DNA of 64,000 nt from Candidatus Latescibacterota bacterium (GCA_965222075.1 OZ244937.1:3776001-3840000), one strand, 5' to 3'. Positions 1 to 10,251 are shown, counted from the stretch's first letter. Program-made: numbers and translations. The notes: generated by a model from the letters alone, not told the origin.

Positions 1-904
1 CCACCGCAAGGGTCGTATAATTCACACAGGCCACCGCCAGCACCAGCATCGCAATACCCGCCAGGATGTAAGAATAGACAGGATTGCTCCCGGATCTCAG
101 GCCGTAGCGCTCCGAACCAAGGTGAACCTCTCTGAGCGGTTGCAATTTCAGCTGCCTGACGTATCGGTTTTCAGGCCACGCCTTCACAAGATCTGCAAAC
201 TGTCTCTCGACTTCAGAAGGACTGAGATAATCTGGAAGCAGCATATATATGGAGACAAATCCGCCTAACATTCCCCATACTGCGCCAGTAGCCTCAATGG
301 GTAGAGAAACTCAAAACGAATACTCGAGTTCTGGGGAATAGGCCTGATCACCCCGGCGACTGTCAAATCCTGGAACCCCGGACCGGGGCGCAACGGAGAC
401 TGATTGATCTGAACGGAAAGCGTCTTACCAATCGGGTCTTCTTCTGGAAAGTATTTCTGGGCCATGGTCTCGGTGATGACCACATGGTGCGGATCCTTAA
501 GCGCGGTGGCCGGATCACCTTTGACCAGAGGAAAGGAAAACACCTCTAAAATGGCCGGGTCTGCACAGTGAAAAAGTTCCCGGATCTCCTGATCTCCGTG
601 TTGAACAAGGCCTCTATGCCGCGTTAATTCTGACAAAACGGGCATCCGGAAACGCCTCGGACAGCATCGGTCCCAATACGTCCGGCACCGCGGCCGACGG
701 GCCGATCGGGTAACCATCCCGATAGACCCGGTAAATCCGATCCGCATTTTCGTGAAACGCATCGTAGGTCCACTCATTCCGAACAAACAGGAAAGCCAGC
801 ACACAAAACGCAATCCCGATGGCCAGCCCGGAAATGTTGATGAGGGAGTAAATCTTGTGCCTCACCAGGTTCCGATACGCGACCTTCAGATAATTTTGGA
901 ACAT
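1..904 (-). pseudogene. MacB/FtsX-type ABC transporter permease, frameshifted, runs off window start
   Basis: N-terminus MFQNYLKVAYRNLVRHKIYSLINISGLAIG (614-904) continues in another frame (ADPAILEVFSFPLVKGDP..., 265-813) and again below 265 (LQPLREVHLG...YILAGIAMLVLAVACVNYTTL); at least two frameshifts. Confidence 0.85.
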
Positions 905-984
905 CCTATTCTCCCTCTACAATATGTACTGCTAAAGCCTGATGCCTTTCCCGCAGCAGATGTGAAATAGGATCACCTGACTGC

Positions 985-1266
985 TACCACATTGAATCCA
1001 CCTTTGGCACTGTCCGGCCTGCCTGTGCGTTGCACGCAGACAGGCATCGCACCCGCCAGACCAAGGGATGTGGCTCTCGAAATGCCACGTTGATGATGGT
1101 CTATAAACTGGCCAGTCAGGCGGAGAAAAACTGGCAGCGGTTGCACAGCAGTAAGCTCATTGAACTCGTGGTCCAGGGCGTTCAATTCCAGGATGGAGAG
1201 ATCAAGAAAGCTGCTTGATTCCAGAGGATACGCTCACATCTCATCCACAGCATTTGACAATATCTC
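985..1266 (+). mobile_element. IS256-family transposase 3' remnant with probable right end
   Basis: Reads IESTFGTVR-HRTRQTKGCGSRNATLMMVYKLASQAEKNWQRL...VQFQDG, typical IS256 C-terminus; followed by CCACAGCATTTGACAATATCTC (to 1266), resembling an IS256 terminus. Confidence 0.8.
1018..1044. repeat. 27-bp palindromic mini-insertion CCTGCCTGTGCGTTGCACGCAGACAGG inside the IS256 remnant
   Basis: Removing it restores GTC CGG CAT CGC (V-R-H-R); ends are inverted; related copies at 6993-7022 and 52886-52920. Confidence 0.75.
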
Positions 1267-1425
1267 CGCACATATTGCGTGCGAGATTACGCTGATGTGC
1301 TCTCCGCCCTCTCTTGGAAGGAGACTGTCCGGGCAGGATCACTCAGTCCCGACGCGATCGAGGGAATGGAACCAGGCCCACTTTATCCTCCTTATGGGCC
1401 TCTGCAGGTCTGAGGGGAATCGGAG

Positions 1426-2781
1426 CTATTCCAGGAACTTCCTGAGTGTTATTGCAAGCGCATCACTCCGCAACTCTGGCCCCATAGCAACTATATAGCC
1501 AGTGTTGTTAATCAGAAAGGTGCTTGGATAGCCACGCACCTGGTATAGCCTCAGTAGTTCGTTTTCTTTCCCTACCTGAATATGGGTCCAATTCAGCCGC
1601 TTCTCCTGTACGTACTGCTGTAACTTCTGCCGATTATCAACCCCGACACTGACGATTCTGAGATCCTCATCCGTGTACGTCTCACGTGCCTCCTTCAGAA
1701 AGGGGATCTCGGCGATACATGGGCCACACCAGGTCCCCCAGAAGTCGAGTAGAATGTACCGGCCCTTCGCGTCCCCAAGCCGAAACACGACGGAATCAAG
1801 TGTTACAGCTTCGAAGCTTGGCGCTGCCATACCACGTTTGATGCGAGCAGCCACCTCTGCACCACTCTTCTGGAGAATGATCCTTCTCCCGAACTGGTCA
1901 ACGTAGGTCACTTCATATGTTTCGCCCTGAAGTTCAAAGGGGCTGTTCATTCTCTCAATGAAATCCGAAGATAGGGGATTCCAGGAGATATCGAACTTAC
2001 GATTGCCATTCTCATCAACCCAGAGATAGCTGTCCTTATTGTGCTCGATTCCGCGTCCGATCAAGGCAACCTCATAGCGTTCTTGCCCCAATACCAACTC
2101 ACCGATCATGATTCTTCTCAGTGCGCCTTCAGGAGTTACTCTCTGCTTGCCGAATACCTTTCTAAAACTTACCGGGAAGGGTTGAGTCTGAATACTTTGA
2201 CCGTCGAAGTATTCTACTTCAGCAATCGTCTCAATAATCTTCGTCTTCAGCTTGCTGAATAGACCGACCGGTTCCTCTCCTTCCCCATAGGTAAGCACTT
2301 CGTCATTTGTAAAGTCCTCATCATTGTTGGCGTCGCAGATCACGAACTCCTCGCCGTCCGCGTTTTCAATCGTGCAGAAAGAAACCACACAATCCACGTC
2401 TTGATCTGTGTATTTCGATTTCGCTTCATCAAACCACTCTTCGCCGAAGACCTCAATCACACGCTGATGGTCCTTCTTGCTCTTCTGCGCCAAGCTGTAG
2501 TAGTACTGGTGCTCTTGGATGCAAAGATGAAATGTCTCTTTAACTTTCCAGTTGTCAGGATAGCGTTCTATTCCTTCCTTCTCGGGAATCATCCTGCTCC
2601 CAGGCGACAAACGATTGCCTTTCCAGAGCATTACAATGCTGTCTGGATGAGTTGCGGTGAAGTCAACTGTGACCTCTCCCGCCAAAGGGTCTGCGTGTAC
2701 AGTGTGATTCAAAACGACCACAGCCACGAAGATCGTGGCTACAAGAGGTCTCAATACGGTCACGGCCACAAGGCTTTTCAT
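1426..2781 (-). CDS. Secreted protein with C-terminal TlpA/thioredoxin-like domain
   Basis: Hydrophobic N-terminal signal; LLDFWGTWCGPC and GYPSTFLIN motifs; AGGAGG RBS. Confidence 0.85.
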   Translation of the reverse strand: MKSLVAVTVLRPLVATIFVAVVVLNHTVHADPLAGEVTVDFTATHPDSIVMLWKGNRLSPGSRMIPEKEGIERYPDNWKVKETFHLCIQEHQYYYSLAQKSKKDHQRVIEVFGEEWFDEAKSKYTDQDVDCVVSFCTIENADGEEFVICDANNDEDFTNDEVLTYGEGEEPVGLFSKLKTKIIETIAEVEYFDGQSIQTQPFPVSFRKVFGKQRVTPEGALRRIMIGELVLGQERYEVALIGRGIEHNKDSYLWVDENGNRKFDISWNPLSSDFIERMNSPFELQGETYEVTYVDQFGRRIILQKSGAEVAARIKRGMAAPSFEAVTLDSVVFRLGDAKGRYILLDFWGTWCGPCIAEIPFLKEARETYTDEDLRIVSVGVDNRQKLQQYVQEKRLNWTHIQVGKENELLRLYQVRGYPSTFLINNTGYIVAMGPELRSDALAITLRKFLE

Positions 2782-2877
2782 TACTTAACCCTCCTTTGAG
2801 AAACGAGTACGATGGTGGGGAGAAGTGGGTTTTTCTCTTGCACGCTTTCACTGCCTCTGGGTGGTTGGGGCGATTTC

Positions 2878-2937
2878 CCCTAACGTTTCCGCCGTGCCCG
2901 AACCGCGCAGCGGTTGCGCGAAGCGGGCGTGTTATGC
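2878..2937 (-). other. Orphan integron attC-like site
   Basis: Minus strand GCATAAC-ACGCCCGCTTCGCGCAACCGCTGCGCGGTTCGGGCACGGCGGAAAC-GTTAGGG: 60 bp, AAC...GTT core ends, internal imperfect palindrome. Confidence 0.55.
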
Positions 2938-2979
2938 GGCGTTTCCTGGCCTCCTTTTCTCTTTCAAGTTTCGGCCAGT

Positions 2980-3508
2980 GAAGATCGCCCTTAAACCATT
3001 TGTAGTGAATATTGACCGTCTTGCCTATCGGGTTTTCATCGCCGAACAACCTGCGAGCCAGAGTCTGGGAGAGAAACGCAGTATGGGGATCGTTCAGCCC
3101 GGTTTTGGGATCGCCGACCACCATCGGAAGCGTAAAGATATCGAATACTTCTGCATCGGTTACGCAGACACGCGCATCGGAACCGCGATCCTCGTGAGAA
3201 GCCCACATACGTCTTACGAGCATCCGGGTCACTGCCTCAACTTCGGGGAATTTGCCGCGCAGATGCGGGGCGACCGGCTTCGTCCCCAAGTCATAGCGCT
3301 CGCCGCTGACATCCTGTAGTTTTCGGATTACTCTGTAAATGCGATCGCTCTTTTCGTGGTGCTGGTCAAACCGGAACTGATAACCCACGTACAAGACCGC
3401 CAACAACGCGCACCCAATCCCCACGGCCAACCCCAAGATATTCAACAGCGAATAGAATGTGTACCGACGCAGATTTCTCAATCCGGTCATGAGATAATTC
3501 CAAATCAT
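2980..3508 (-). pseudogene. Truncated MacB/FtsX-type ABC permease (N-terminal ~175 aa only)
   Basis: MIWNYLMTGLRNLRRYTFYSLLNILGLAVG...FGDENPIGKTV; family-like sequence stops near 2980 and runs into unrelated DNA. Confidence 0.85.
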
Positions 3509-3615
3509 ATCCGGCCTCCATCCAAACTTGAAAAACAAACAGCCTGACTTCCAGCCTACTTTGAGCTATTCTCAACCTGATAATCTTCACATCGTTCGAT
3601 TCACCGACTGTTTAT

Positions 3616-3631
3616 TGCAACAAGCGTGCCA
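3616..3631 (-). promoter_or_regulatory. Sigma54 -24/-12 promoter facing the ABC permease
   Basis: Minus strand TGGCACGCTTGTTGCA matches TGGCAC-N5-TTGCW; a sigma54 activator is encoded next door. Confidence 0.85.
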
Positions 3632-3697
3632 GAATATATTTTTGGTTGTTTTACAAGACCTTATGCCAGCCACCTCCCGAACCTCTGCTTTCAAAAA

Positions 3698-3736
3698 GTG
3701 TCCGCTGGCGATACACAGGTGTCCGATAACGGACAC
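3698..3736. promoter_or_regulatory. Tandem palindromic enhancer (UAS) sites
   Basis: Perfect GTGTCCG-ATAA-CGGACAC (3719-3736) plus degenerate GTGTCCGCTGGCGATACAC (3698-3716), between two sigma54 motifs. Confidence 0.65.
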
Positions 3737-3890
3737 TTCGACACAGCGCCCCTTCACCCAACTCGTCTCCCTCACCCGGCCCGGCCGTCTTTCTCCTTGA
3801 CGATTCGGGTATTTATGATACATCTTGGTTGGCAATTCCACCGGAACCCCTTGAGCCCCCCCACCGCATGGGGCGGCTGCTGGCGCGTAT

Positions 3891-3906
3891 TGGCACGGTG
3901 AATGCT
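3891..3906 (+). promoter_or_regulatory. Putative sigma54 promoter facing the response regulator
   Basis: TGGCACGGTGAATGCT with correct GG-N10-GC spacing. Confidence 0.55.
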
Positions 3907-4091
3907 TGATTAAAGTGAGACGGCCCACCCCTACCCCTCCGAGGCTGCTGCGTGCTACTCGACCACAGCTGTGATCTCAGGGGCAGCAGGCGTCAGGGGC
4001 CTGCACCGATCGTACCCGGAGCACGGCGTTCAGGACCTCCATAAGGCCGAATTTGACGATTTTTTTTGAAGGGTACCCCCAGGGTCTTGCC

Positions 4092-5471
4092 ATGAGCAAA
4101 TCCTTCAACAAAATCCTCATCGTCGACGACGACGAAGACGTCCTCCTCGCCGCCCGCCTGCTCCTCAAGCAGCACGCCGTCCTTGTCCACACGGAAAAAG
4201 ACCCACAGATGATCCCCAACCTCCTCAAAAACGAAACCTACGACATCATCCTGCTGGACATGAACTTCTCTCAGGACGCCACCAGCGGCAGGGAGGGCTT
4301 CCACTGGCTCGGCAAAATCCTCCAAATCGACCCCTCTGCCGTCGTCATCCTCATCACCGCCTTCGGCGGCGTGGAAACGGCCGTCCAGGCCATCAAAGAG
4401 GGCGCGACGGATTTTGTGCTCAAACCGTGGCAGAACGAAAAACTGCTCGCCACCCTCTCGGCGGCGGCCAAACTGCGGCAGTCCCGGCTCGAAGTGGACC
4501 ACCTCCGGTCCCGACAAAAGCAGCTCAGCGAAGACCTCGACCAGCAGGTGCACAACCTCATCAGCGCCGCCCCCGCCATGCAGGACATCTTCGTCGGCAT
4601 CCGGAAAGTGGCCCAAACCGACGCCGACGTTCTCATCCTGGGCGAAAACGGCACCGGCAAAGAACTCGTCGCCCGGGCGCTCCACCGTCAATCCTCCCGC
4701 TCCGACGAAGTCTTCCTCGGCGTTGATATGGGCGCCATCAGCGAAACCCTCTTTGAAAGCGAACTCTTCGGCCACGTCAAAGGCGCCTTCACAGACGCCA
4801 GGGAAAACCGCGCCGGACGCTTTGAAATCGCCTCGGGCGGAACCCTCTTCTTAGACGAAATCGGCAACCTCTCCCTGCCCCTGCAGGCCAAGCTCCTCAC
4901 CGTCCTGGAGAACCGCACCGTCACCCGCCTGGGCGCCAACAAACCCACCCCCATTGACGTTCGGCTCATCTGCGCAACCAATATGCCCATCCAGGACATG
5001 GTGGCCAAAAACGAATTCCGACAGGACCTCCTCTACCGCATCAACACCGTTGAACTCCACCTGCCCCCGCTGCGCGACAGAAAGGAAGACATCCTGCTGC
5101 TGACCGATCACTTCCTGGAAATCTACTGCAAAAAGTATCAAAAACCGTTGATGCGCATCCACCCCACCACCCTGGAAAAACTGGACCAGTACGCCTGGCC
5201 CGGAAACATCCGAGAACTCCAGCACGCCATCGAGCGGGCCGTGATCATGAACGACGGCCGGGTGCTCCAGCCCACCGACTTCCTCCTCTCCACTCCCGGA
5301 ATCCAGGACGAGAAGGGCCTGGCGTTTGAAGACTACAACCTGGAAAAAGTCGAAAAGACCGTCATCCGAAAAGCCATCGAAAAACACCACGGCAACATCA
5401 GTCAGGCCGCCAGGGAACTGGGACTGACCCGAAGCGCCCTCTACCGCAGGCTGGAAAAATATGGGCTGTAG
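4092..5471 (+). CDS. NtrC-family sigma54-dependent response regulator
   Basis: REC domain (ILIVDDD, LLDMN), GENGTGKE, ESELFGHVKGAFTDA, WPGNIREL, C-terminal Fis-type HTH. Confidence 0.97.
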   Translation: MSKSFNKILIVDDDEDVLLAARLLLKQHAVLVHTEKDPQMIPNLLKNETYDIILLDMNFSQDATSGREGFHWLGKILQIDPSAVVILITAFGGVETAVQAIKEGATDFVLKPWQNEKLLATLSAAAKLRQSRLEVDHLRSRQKQLSEDLDQQVHNLISAAPAMQDIFVGIRKVAQTDADVLILGENGTGKELVARALHRQSSRSDEVFLGVDMGAISETLFESELFGHVKGAFTDARENRAGRFEIASGGTLFLDEIGNLSLPLQAKLLTVLENRTVTRLGANKPTPIDVRLICATNMPIQDMVAKNEFRQDLLYRINTVELHLPPLRDRKEDILLLTDHFLEIYCKKYQKPLMRIHPTTLEKLDQYAWPGNIRELQHAIERAVIMNDGRVLQPTDFLLSTPGIQDEKGLAFEDYNLEKVEKTVIRKAIEKHHGNISQAARELGLTRSALYRRLEKYGL

Positions 5472-5602
5472 CTCGTTCCACCCCGCACAACACACTGCCG
5501 GCAAACGGCAAACGTGAAACCGCCCCCCTGCCCTTCCCCACACCCCTGGTTCCGGCTTCCGGGGGATGCGTTTCACGTTTCACAGATTTTATTCACAGCC
5601 TT

Positions 5603-6958
5603 ATGACCCACTTTCGCACCCTCTGTACCGTCCGGATCGCGCTGCTGTGCGCCACCCTCTACCTCTTCTTCTACCTGCTGTTTCAGACAACCAACTATGC
5701 CACCTTCGTCATTGTCGGCGGCATTGCCCTCTACCAGATCTATGCCCTGATCCACTACGTCGAACGCACCAACCGGGACCTGACCCGCTTCCTGCAGGCC
5801 ATTCGCTATGAAGACTTCTCCCAGTCCTTCGCCGGACTGGGCCTGGGCTCGTCCTTCGACGACCTGAAGGCCGCCTTCAACGAGGTCCTCGATGCCTTTC
5901 GCCGGACCCGAGCGGAGAGGGAAGAAAACTTTCAGTATCTCCAAATCGTAATCCAGCACGTGGGCATCGGCCTCATCTGCTTTCAGCCCAGCGGCGACGT
6001 GGCGTTGGTAAACGCCGCGGCCCGGCGGCTGTTGAAAGTCGGCGCCCTCAAAAACATCACCGCCTTAGCATCGTTCAGCAAACCCCTGGTTGATACCCTG
6101 TTCCGGCTGAAACCCGGCGAAAAAGCCCTGGTAAAAATTGAAGAAAACAACGAACCGCTCCAGCTTGCGGTCTACGCCACCGAACTCAGAATGCGGGACC
6201 AGGCCTTCACCCTCGTCTCCATCCAGAACATTCAAAGCGAATTGGAAGAAAAGGAAATGGAGGCCTGGCAAAACCTCATCCGGGTGCTCACCCACGAAAT
6301 CATGAACTCTGTCACCCCCATCGCCTCCCTCGCCTCCACCGTAAACGATCTCCTGACCGCCACCGATGCGTCTGACGATCAAAAGCTGAAAGGAGAAATC
6401 CGGACCGAAACCATCGGCGATATCCACGACGCCGTCCAGACCATCGAAAGGCGCAGCCAGGGCCTGCTCAACTTCGTCGACGCCTACCGGAAGCTGACCC
6501 GCATTCCCAAACCCGACTTCCGGATCTTCCCCGTCGCCGAACTCCTCGCGCGCGTGCAGCAGCTCATGCGCACGAAAATGCACGACAGAGCCATCGATTT
6601 CCACATCCACGTCGAACCTGAAACCCTCGAACTCTCCGCCGACCCGGAACAGATCGAACAGGTCCTCATCAACCTCCTCTCAAACGCCATACAGGCCTTA
6701 GAGGACCGCCCCGCCCCCCGGATTGACCTCATCTCTCGGATGGATGGCAGGGGCAGGGTTGTCATCCAGGTCCGGGACAACGGCCCGGGCATCCTTGAGG
6801 AGGTACAGAAGAAAATCTTCATCCCCTTCTTTACCACCAAACAGGACGGCTCCGGCATCGGCCTCAGCCTCTCCCGACAGATGATGCGGCTGCACGGGGG
6901 CACCATCAACGTCCGGTCCAAACCGGATGAAGAGACCGTCTTCACGTTGAGGTTTTAA
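5603..6958 (+). CDS. Sensor histidine kinase (NtrY/NtrB-like)
   Basis: Two N-terminal TM segments, H-box LTHEIMNS, N-box NLLSNA, DNGPG and GSGIGL. Confidence 0.95.
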   Translation: MTHFRTLCTVRIALLCATLYLFFYLLFQTTNYATFVIVGGIALYQIYALIHYVERTNRDLTRFLQAIRYEDFSQSFAGLGLGSSFDDLKAAFNEVLDAFRRTRAEREENFQYLQIVIQHVGIGLICFQPSGDVALVNAAARRLLKVGALKNITALASFSKPLVDTLFRLKPGEKALVKIEENNEPLQLAVYATELRMRDQAFTLVSIQNIQSELEEKEMEAWQNLIRVLTHEIMNSVTPIASLASTVNDLLTATDASDDQKLKGEIRTETIGDIHDAVQTIERRSQGLLNFVDAYRKLTRIPKPDFRIFPVAELLARVQQLMRTKMHDRAIDFHIHVEPETLELSADPEQIEQVLINLLSNAIQALEDRPAPRIDLISRMDGRGRVVIQVRDNGPGILEEVQKKIFIPFFTTKQDGSGIGLSLSRQMMRLHGGTINVRSKPDEETVFTLRF

Positions 6959-6974
6959 GACAGCTTCCAAACAA

Positions 6975-7040
6975 AAAGGCGGCCGCTGCCTCCCTGCCTG
7001 CGCCGGATGCTCGGCAGGCAGGTCGACAACCGTCGCCTTT
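6975..7040. terminator. Hairpin between convergent genes containing a 30-bp palindromic insert
   Basis: Outer stem AAAGGCGG...CCGTCGCCTTT; inner CCTGCCTGC...GCAGGCAGG at 6993-7022. Confidence 0.5.
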
Positions 7041-7083
7041 CCCTGTATTCATTCCATGTTGGGGGGTTCAATTGATACGCGCA

Positions 7084-7719
7084 TTACTCTTCAACGCCGG
7101 CCTCCTTGAGCATCCGAACAACGTCCGGATTGCCCCTTTCGGCCGCAATCATCAAAGCCGTCCTGCGGTTCTTGGCCCTTACATGCACATCTGCGCCAGC
7201 GTCCAGCAGCATCCGAACAAGCGTCGTGTCCCCCCCGTATGCCGCATACACCAGGGGCGTCCAGCCGGACGTCGCTCTCACATGCACATCCGCGCCTGCA
7301 TCCAGAAGCATCCGCACGATATCTTTGAACCCCTTATCCGCCGCATAAACCAGAGCCGTCCTGTTATCCCTGTCTTTCGCGTGCACATCCGCGCCTGCAT
7401 CCAGAAGCATCTGCACAACGGTCGTATCCCCCTTGGCTACGACCTCCATTAACGTTGTCATGCTGTACTTGTCTGCATTCACATCCGCGCCTGCATCCAG
7501 AAGCATCCGCACAACGGTCATATCCCCCTGCTTTGTCGCCATCAGGGCCGTCAGGCCGGTCTCATCGTGCGCATTCACATCTGCGCCTCCGCCCAGCAAC
7601 TCCCGCACAAGCGCTGCGTCTCCTTTCTTCGTCGCCTCAATCAACGCTTTATTGACGTTACAGGCAGTAAATAAAACAAACAGAACAAACGCCAACGCCA
7701 CAAGCCGTATACGCAACAT
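7084..7719 (-). CDS. Ankyrin-repeat lipoprotein
   Basis: Lipobox FTAC; repeated TAL-x-A...LLDAGADV units. Confidence 0.93.
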   Translation of the reverse strand: MLRIRLVALAFVLFVLFTACNVNKALIEATKKGDAALVRELLGGGADVNAHDETGLTALMATKQGDMTVVRMLLDAGADVNADKYSMTTLMEVVAKGDTTVVQMLLDAGADVHAKDRDNRTALVYAADKGFKDIVRMLLDAGADVHVRATSGWTPLVYAAYGGDTTLVRMLLDAGADVHVRAKNRRTALMIAAERGNPDVVRMLKEAGVEE

Positions 7720-7738
7720 CCACTCCCTCCTTCAATCT

Positions 7739-8386
7739 TCAGTCTTCATGTCCCCTCGCACCGGCCTCTTTGAGCGCCTCAACGGTTTCGGCTTTGCCTT
7801 TATGTGTCGCATACACCTCGGCAGTCCAGCCGTTCCTGGCTGTCGCATTCACATCTGCGCCTCCATCCAGCAGGACGCGCACAACCTCTGTGTGCCCCCC
7901 ATATGCCGCAAAAATCAGGGCCGTCCACCCCGTCTCAACCGTCGCATTCACATCTGCGCCTCCATCCAGCAGGACGCGCACAGCGCCTGTACGGCCCTTC
8001 TCTGCGGCCTTCATCAGGGCCGTCATGCCAAACATATCGACATTTACGTCTGCACCGGCATCCAGCAGCGCCTCGATAACGGTTGTATCGCCCTTAACCG
8101 CCCCCTTCATCAGGGCCGTCATGCCATACGTATCTGCGTTCACATCTGCGCCTCCATCCAGCAGCGCCTGTACAATCGTGATATTGCCCTTTTCTGCGGC
8201 CCTCATCAAGGCCGTAACGCCCTGCTTGTCCGCATTCACATCCGCACCCACATCCAGCAATTCCTTCACAGCAGTTGAGTCACCCTTCTTCGCCGCTTCA
8301 ACCAGCTCCGTGTCCATATCCACCGTACACGCTGTGAATAGAACAAAAAGAACGAATACCGGACCTGCAAGTCGGATGCACGACAT
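7739..8386 (-). CDS. Ankyrin-repeat lipoprotein (tandem paralog)
   Basis: Same FVLFVLFTAC signal; repeated GxTALMxAA...LLDGGADVNA units. Confidence 0.93.
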   Translation of the reverse strand: MSCIRLAGPVFVLFVLFTACTVDMDTELVEAAKKGDSTAVKELLDVGADVNADKQGVTALMRAAEKGNITIVQALLDGGADVNADTYGMTALMKGAVKGDTTVIEALLDAGADVNVDMFGMTALMKAAEKGRTGAVRVLLDGGADVNATVETGWTALIFAAYGGHTEVVRVLLDGGADVNATARNGWTAEVYATHKGKAETVEALKEAGARGHED

Positions 8387-8477
8387 AACCTTCTCCCTGA
8401 CCCTTCATTCAAGTCCGCTTCCACCGTCGAAGAAGAGATTCCGGAGGCCTTTGAGACGTTCTCTTGCGCACCGGCCT

Positions 8478-9440
8478 CTACACATTCGGCTCTACCACGT
8501 ACCCCACCACCTTATCCACCACATTCAGCAACGGCGCTTCACTGCAGAATCGCCGCACATTCTCCACAATCAGATCCATCTGTCGCGCCTCGATCTCGGG
8601 CGACACCCCGGCCACGTGCGGCGTGATGATCACATTCTCCATCTCCCAGAGCGCATGGCCCTCCGGCAACGGTTCTACCTCGAACACATCCAGCCCGGCC
8701 CCGCCCAACTCCCCCGTCTTTAAGGCCGCCGTCAGCGCCGCTAAGTCCACCACCTTCCCCCGACCGATATTGACCAGAATCGCCGTCTTCTTCATCCCCT
8801 TCAGCGTCGCCGCATCAATCATACACTCCGTCTCGCCCGTATGCGGCACGCAGATCGCCAGAAAATCGACCTGCGACAGCATCTCCTGAAGCTGCGCCGG
8901 CGCATAGATCCGCTCCACATACGCCGGTGTCCCCTTCGGCGCCGGGTCCACCGCCAGCACGCGCATCCCAAACGTATGCCCCCGCTCGGCCACCGCCAGC
9001 CCGATCCCCCCCAGCCCGATAACGCCCAGCATCGTCCCCGACAGGTGGATGACCTCCGCCCCTTGCTTGTCCCACCGCCCCTCGGCCTGCCGCCGGGCGT
9101 AATGGTGCATCCCCCGGGCGAACGAGAGCACAAACGCGAACACGTGGTCTGCAATCACATCGCTGTAAATCCCCCGCTGGTTCGTCACCACCACCGAATG
9201 CTCACGCAGCTCCGGAAAGAAGAAATTGTCCAGCCCCGCGCTCGTCGCCTGCACCCAGCGCAGCTTCTTCGCCGCCGCCAGCAGCGCCTGCGTCAGTTGT
9301 CCGTAGTACGCATCCGCATCCCCAATCTGTTCCAGCGCCTCCTCCTCGGAAGGCGCTACATGCGCTTCCACGCCCAGGTCCCGAACCTTCTGCATCCACG
9401 CCTCATCCAGCGCGCGTCGAAACACCATCTTGATCGCCAT
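8478..9440 (-). CDS. D-2-hydroxyacid dehydrogenase family protein
   Basis: GVIGLGGIG Rossmann motif, NIGRG, LDVFEVEP, TPHVAG; start taken at MAIKM. Confidence 0.93.
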   Translation of the reverse strand: MAIKMVFRRALDEAWMQKVRDLGVEAHVAPSEEEALEQIGDADAYYGQLTQALLAAAKKLRWVQATSAGLDNFFFPELREHSVVVTNQRGIYSDVIADHVFAFVLSFARGMHHYARRQAEGRWDKQGAEVIHLSGTMLGVIGLGGIGLAVAERGHTFGMRVLAVDPAPKGTPAYVERIYAPAQLQEMLSQVDFLAICVPHTGETECMIDAATLKGMKKTAILVNIGRGKVVDLAALTAALKTGELGGAGLDVFEVEPLPEGHALWEMENVIITPHVAGVSPEIEARQMDLIVENVRRFCSEAPLLNVVDKVVGYVVEPNV

Positions 9441-9705
9441 CTCTCTCCTCTCCTCTCTCCGAACAACTTCAACGGCCCCTCCGCCGGGCGCATCCGCACG
9501 TAATCCCCCGTCGTATTGACAACAGGTTACGGATTTTATATTTTTGTATGCATCCATGTTGCATTTTCCCGACCCCCGATCCCTGACTGTCCCTGCTCCG
9601 CACAGGCCCCGGCGGCATGGCCGCCCGGCTCGGCCGGAGCCATCACCACGAAACTGTCCCGGTTACGCGTTCCACACCCACCACTTTCATCCACAAGGAG
9701 GCCCC

Positions 9706-10218
9706 GTGCCCTACGAAGACCACAAACAACAGGCCCAGGACGCCGTCACCTGCGCCGTTCTCACCATCAGCGACACCCGAACCGAAGCGGACGACAAAAG
9801 CGGAAAACTCATCAAAGACCTGTTAACAGACGCCGGACACAGCGTGGGAATCTACAAAATCGTGCCCGATGAGGCGGACCGGATCCGTCGCCTGCTGGTG
9901 CAGATTGTGGAGGGTGGAACCTGCCAGGCCGTGCTTACAAACGGGGGAACGGGCATCGCGGCCCGCGATACCACCTACGAGGCCGTGGTGGGACTTCTGG
10001 AAAAACGCCTGGATGGATTCGGAGAACTCTTCCGCTTTTTAAGCTGGGATGACATTGGATCGGGCGCCATGCTCTCCCGGGCCGTCGCGGGCGTCTATTG
10101 CGACACCATGGTCTTCTGCATGCCTGGCTCTTCCGGCGCTGTCCGCCTGGCTATGGAGAAACTCATCGTCCCCGAGCTCTCCCACCTCGTCTGGGAAATC
10201 TGGAGGCAGAAGAAATAG
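9706..10218 (+). CDS. moaB: Molybdopterin adenylyltransferase MoaB/MogA family
   Basis: VLTISDTR, DKSG, TNGGTGIAARDTT, LSRAVAG, MPGS; GTG start after AAGGAGG. Confidence 0.9.
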   Translation: MPYEDHKQQAQDAVTCAVLTISDTRTEADDKSGKLIKDLLTDAGHSVGIYKIVPDEADRIRRLLVQIVEGGTCQAVLTNGGTGIAARDTTYEAVVGLLEKRLDGFGELFRFLSWDDIGSGAMLSRAVAGVYCDTMVFCMPGSSGAVRLAMEKLIVPELSHLVWEIWRQKK

Positions 10219-10251
10219 CGGAGCGGCCGTGCAGGGTTTCCCAACCTTCAA

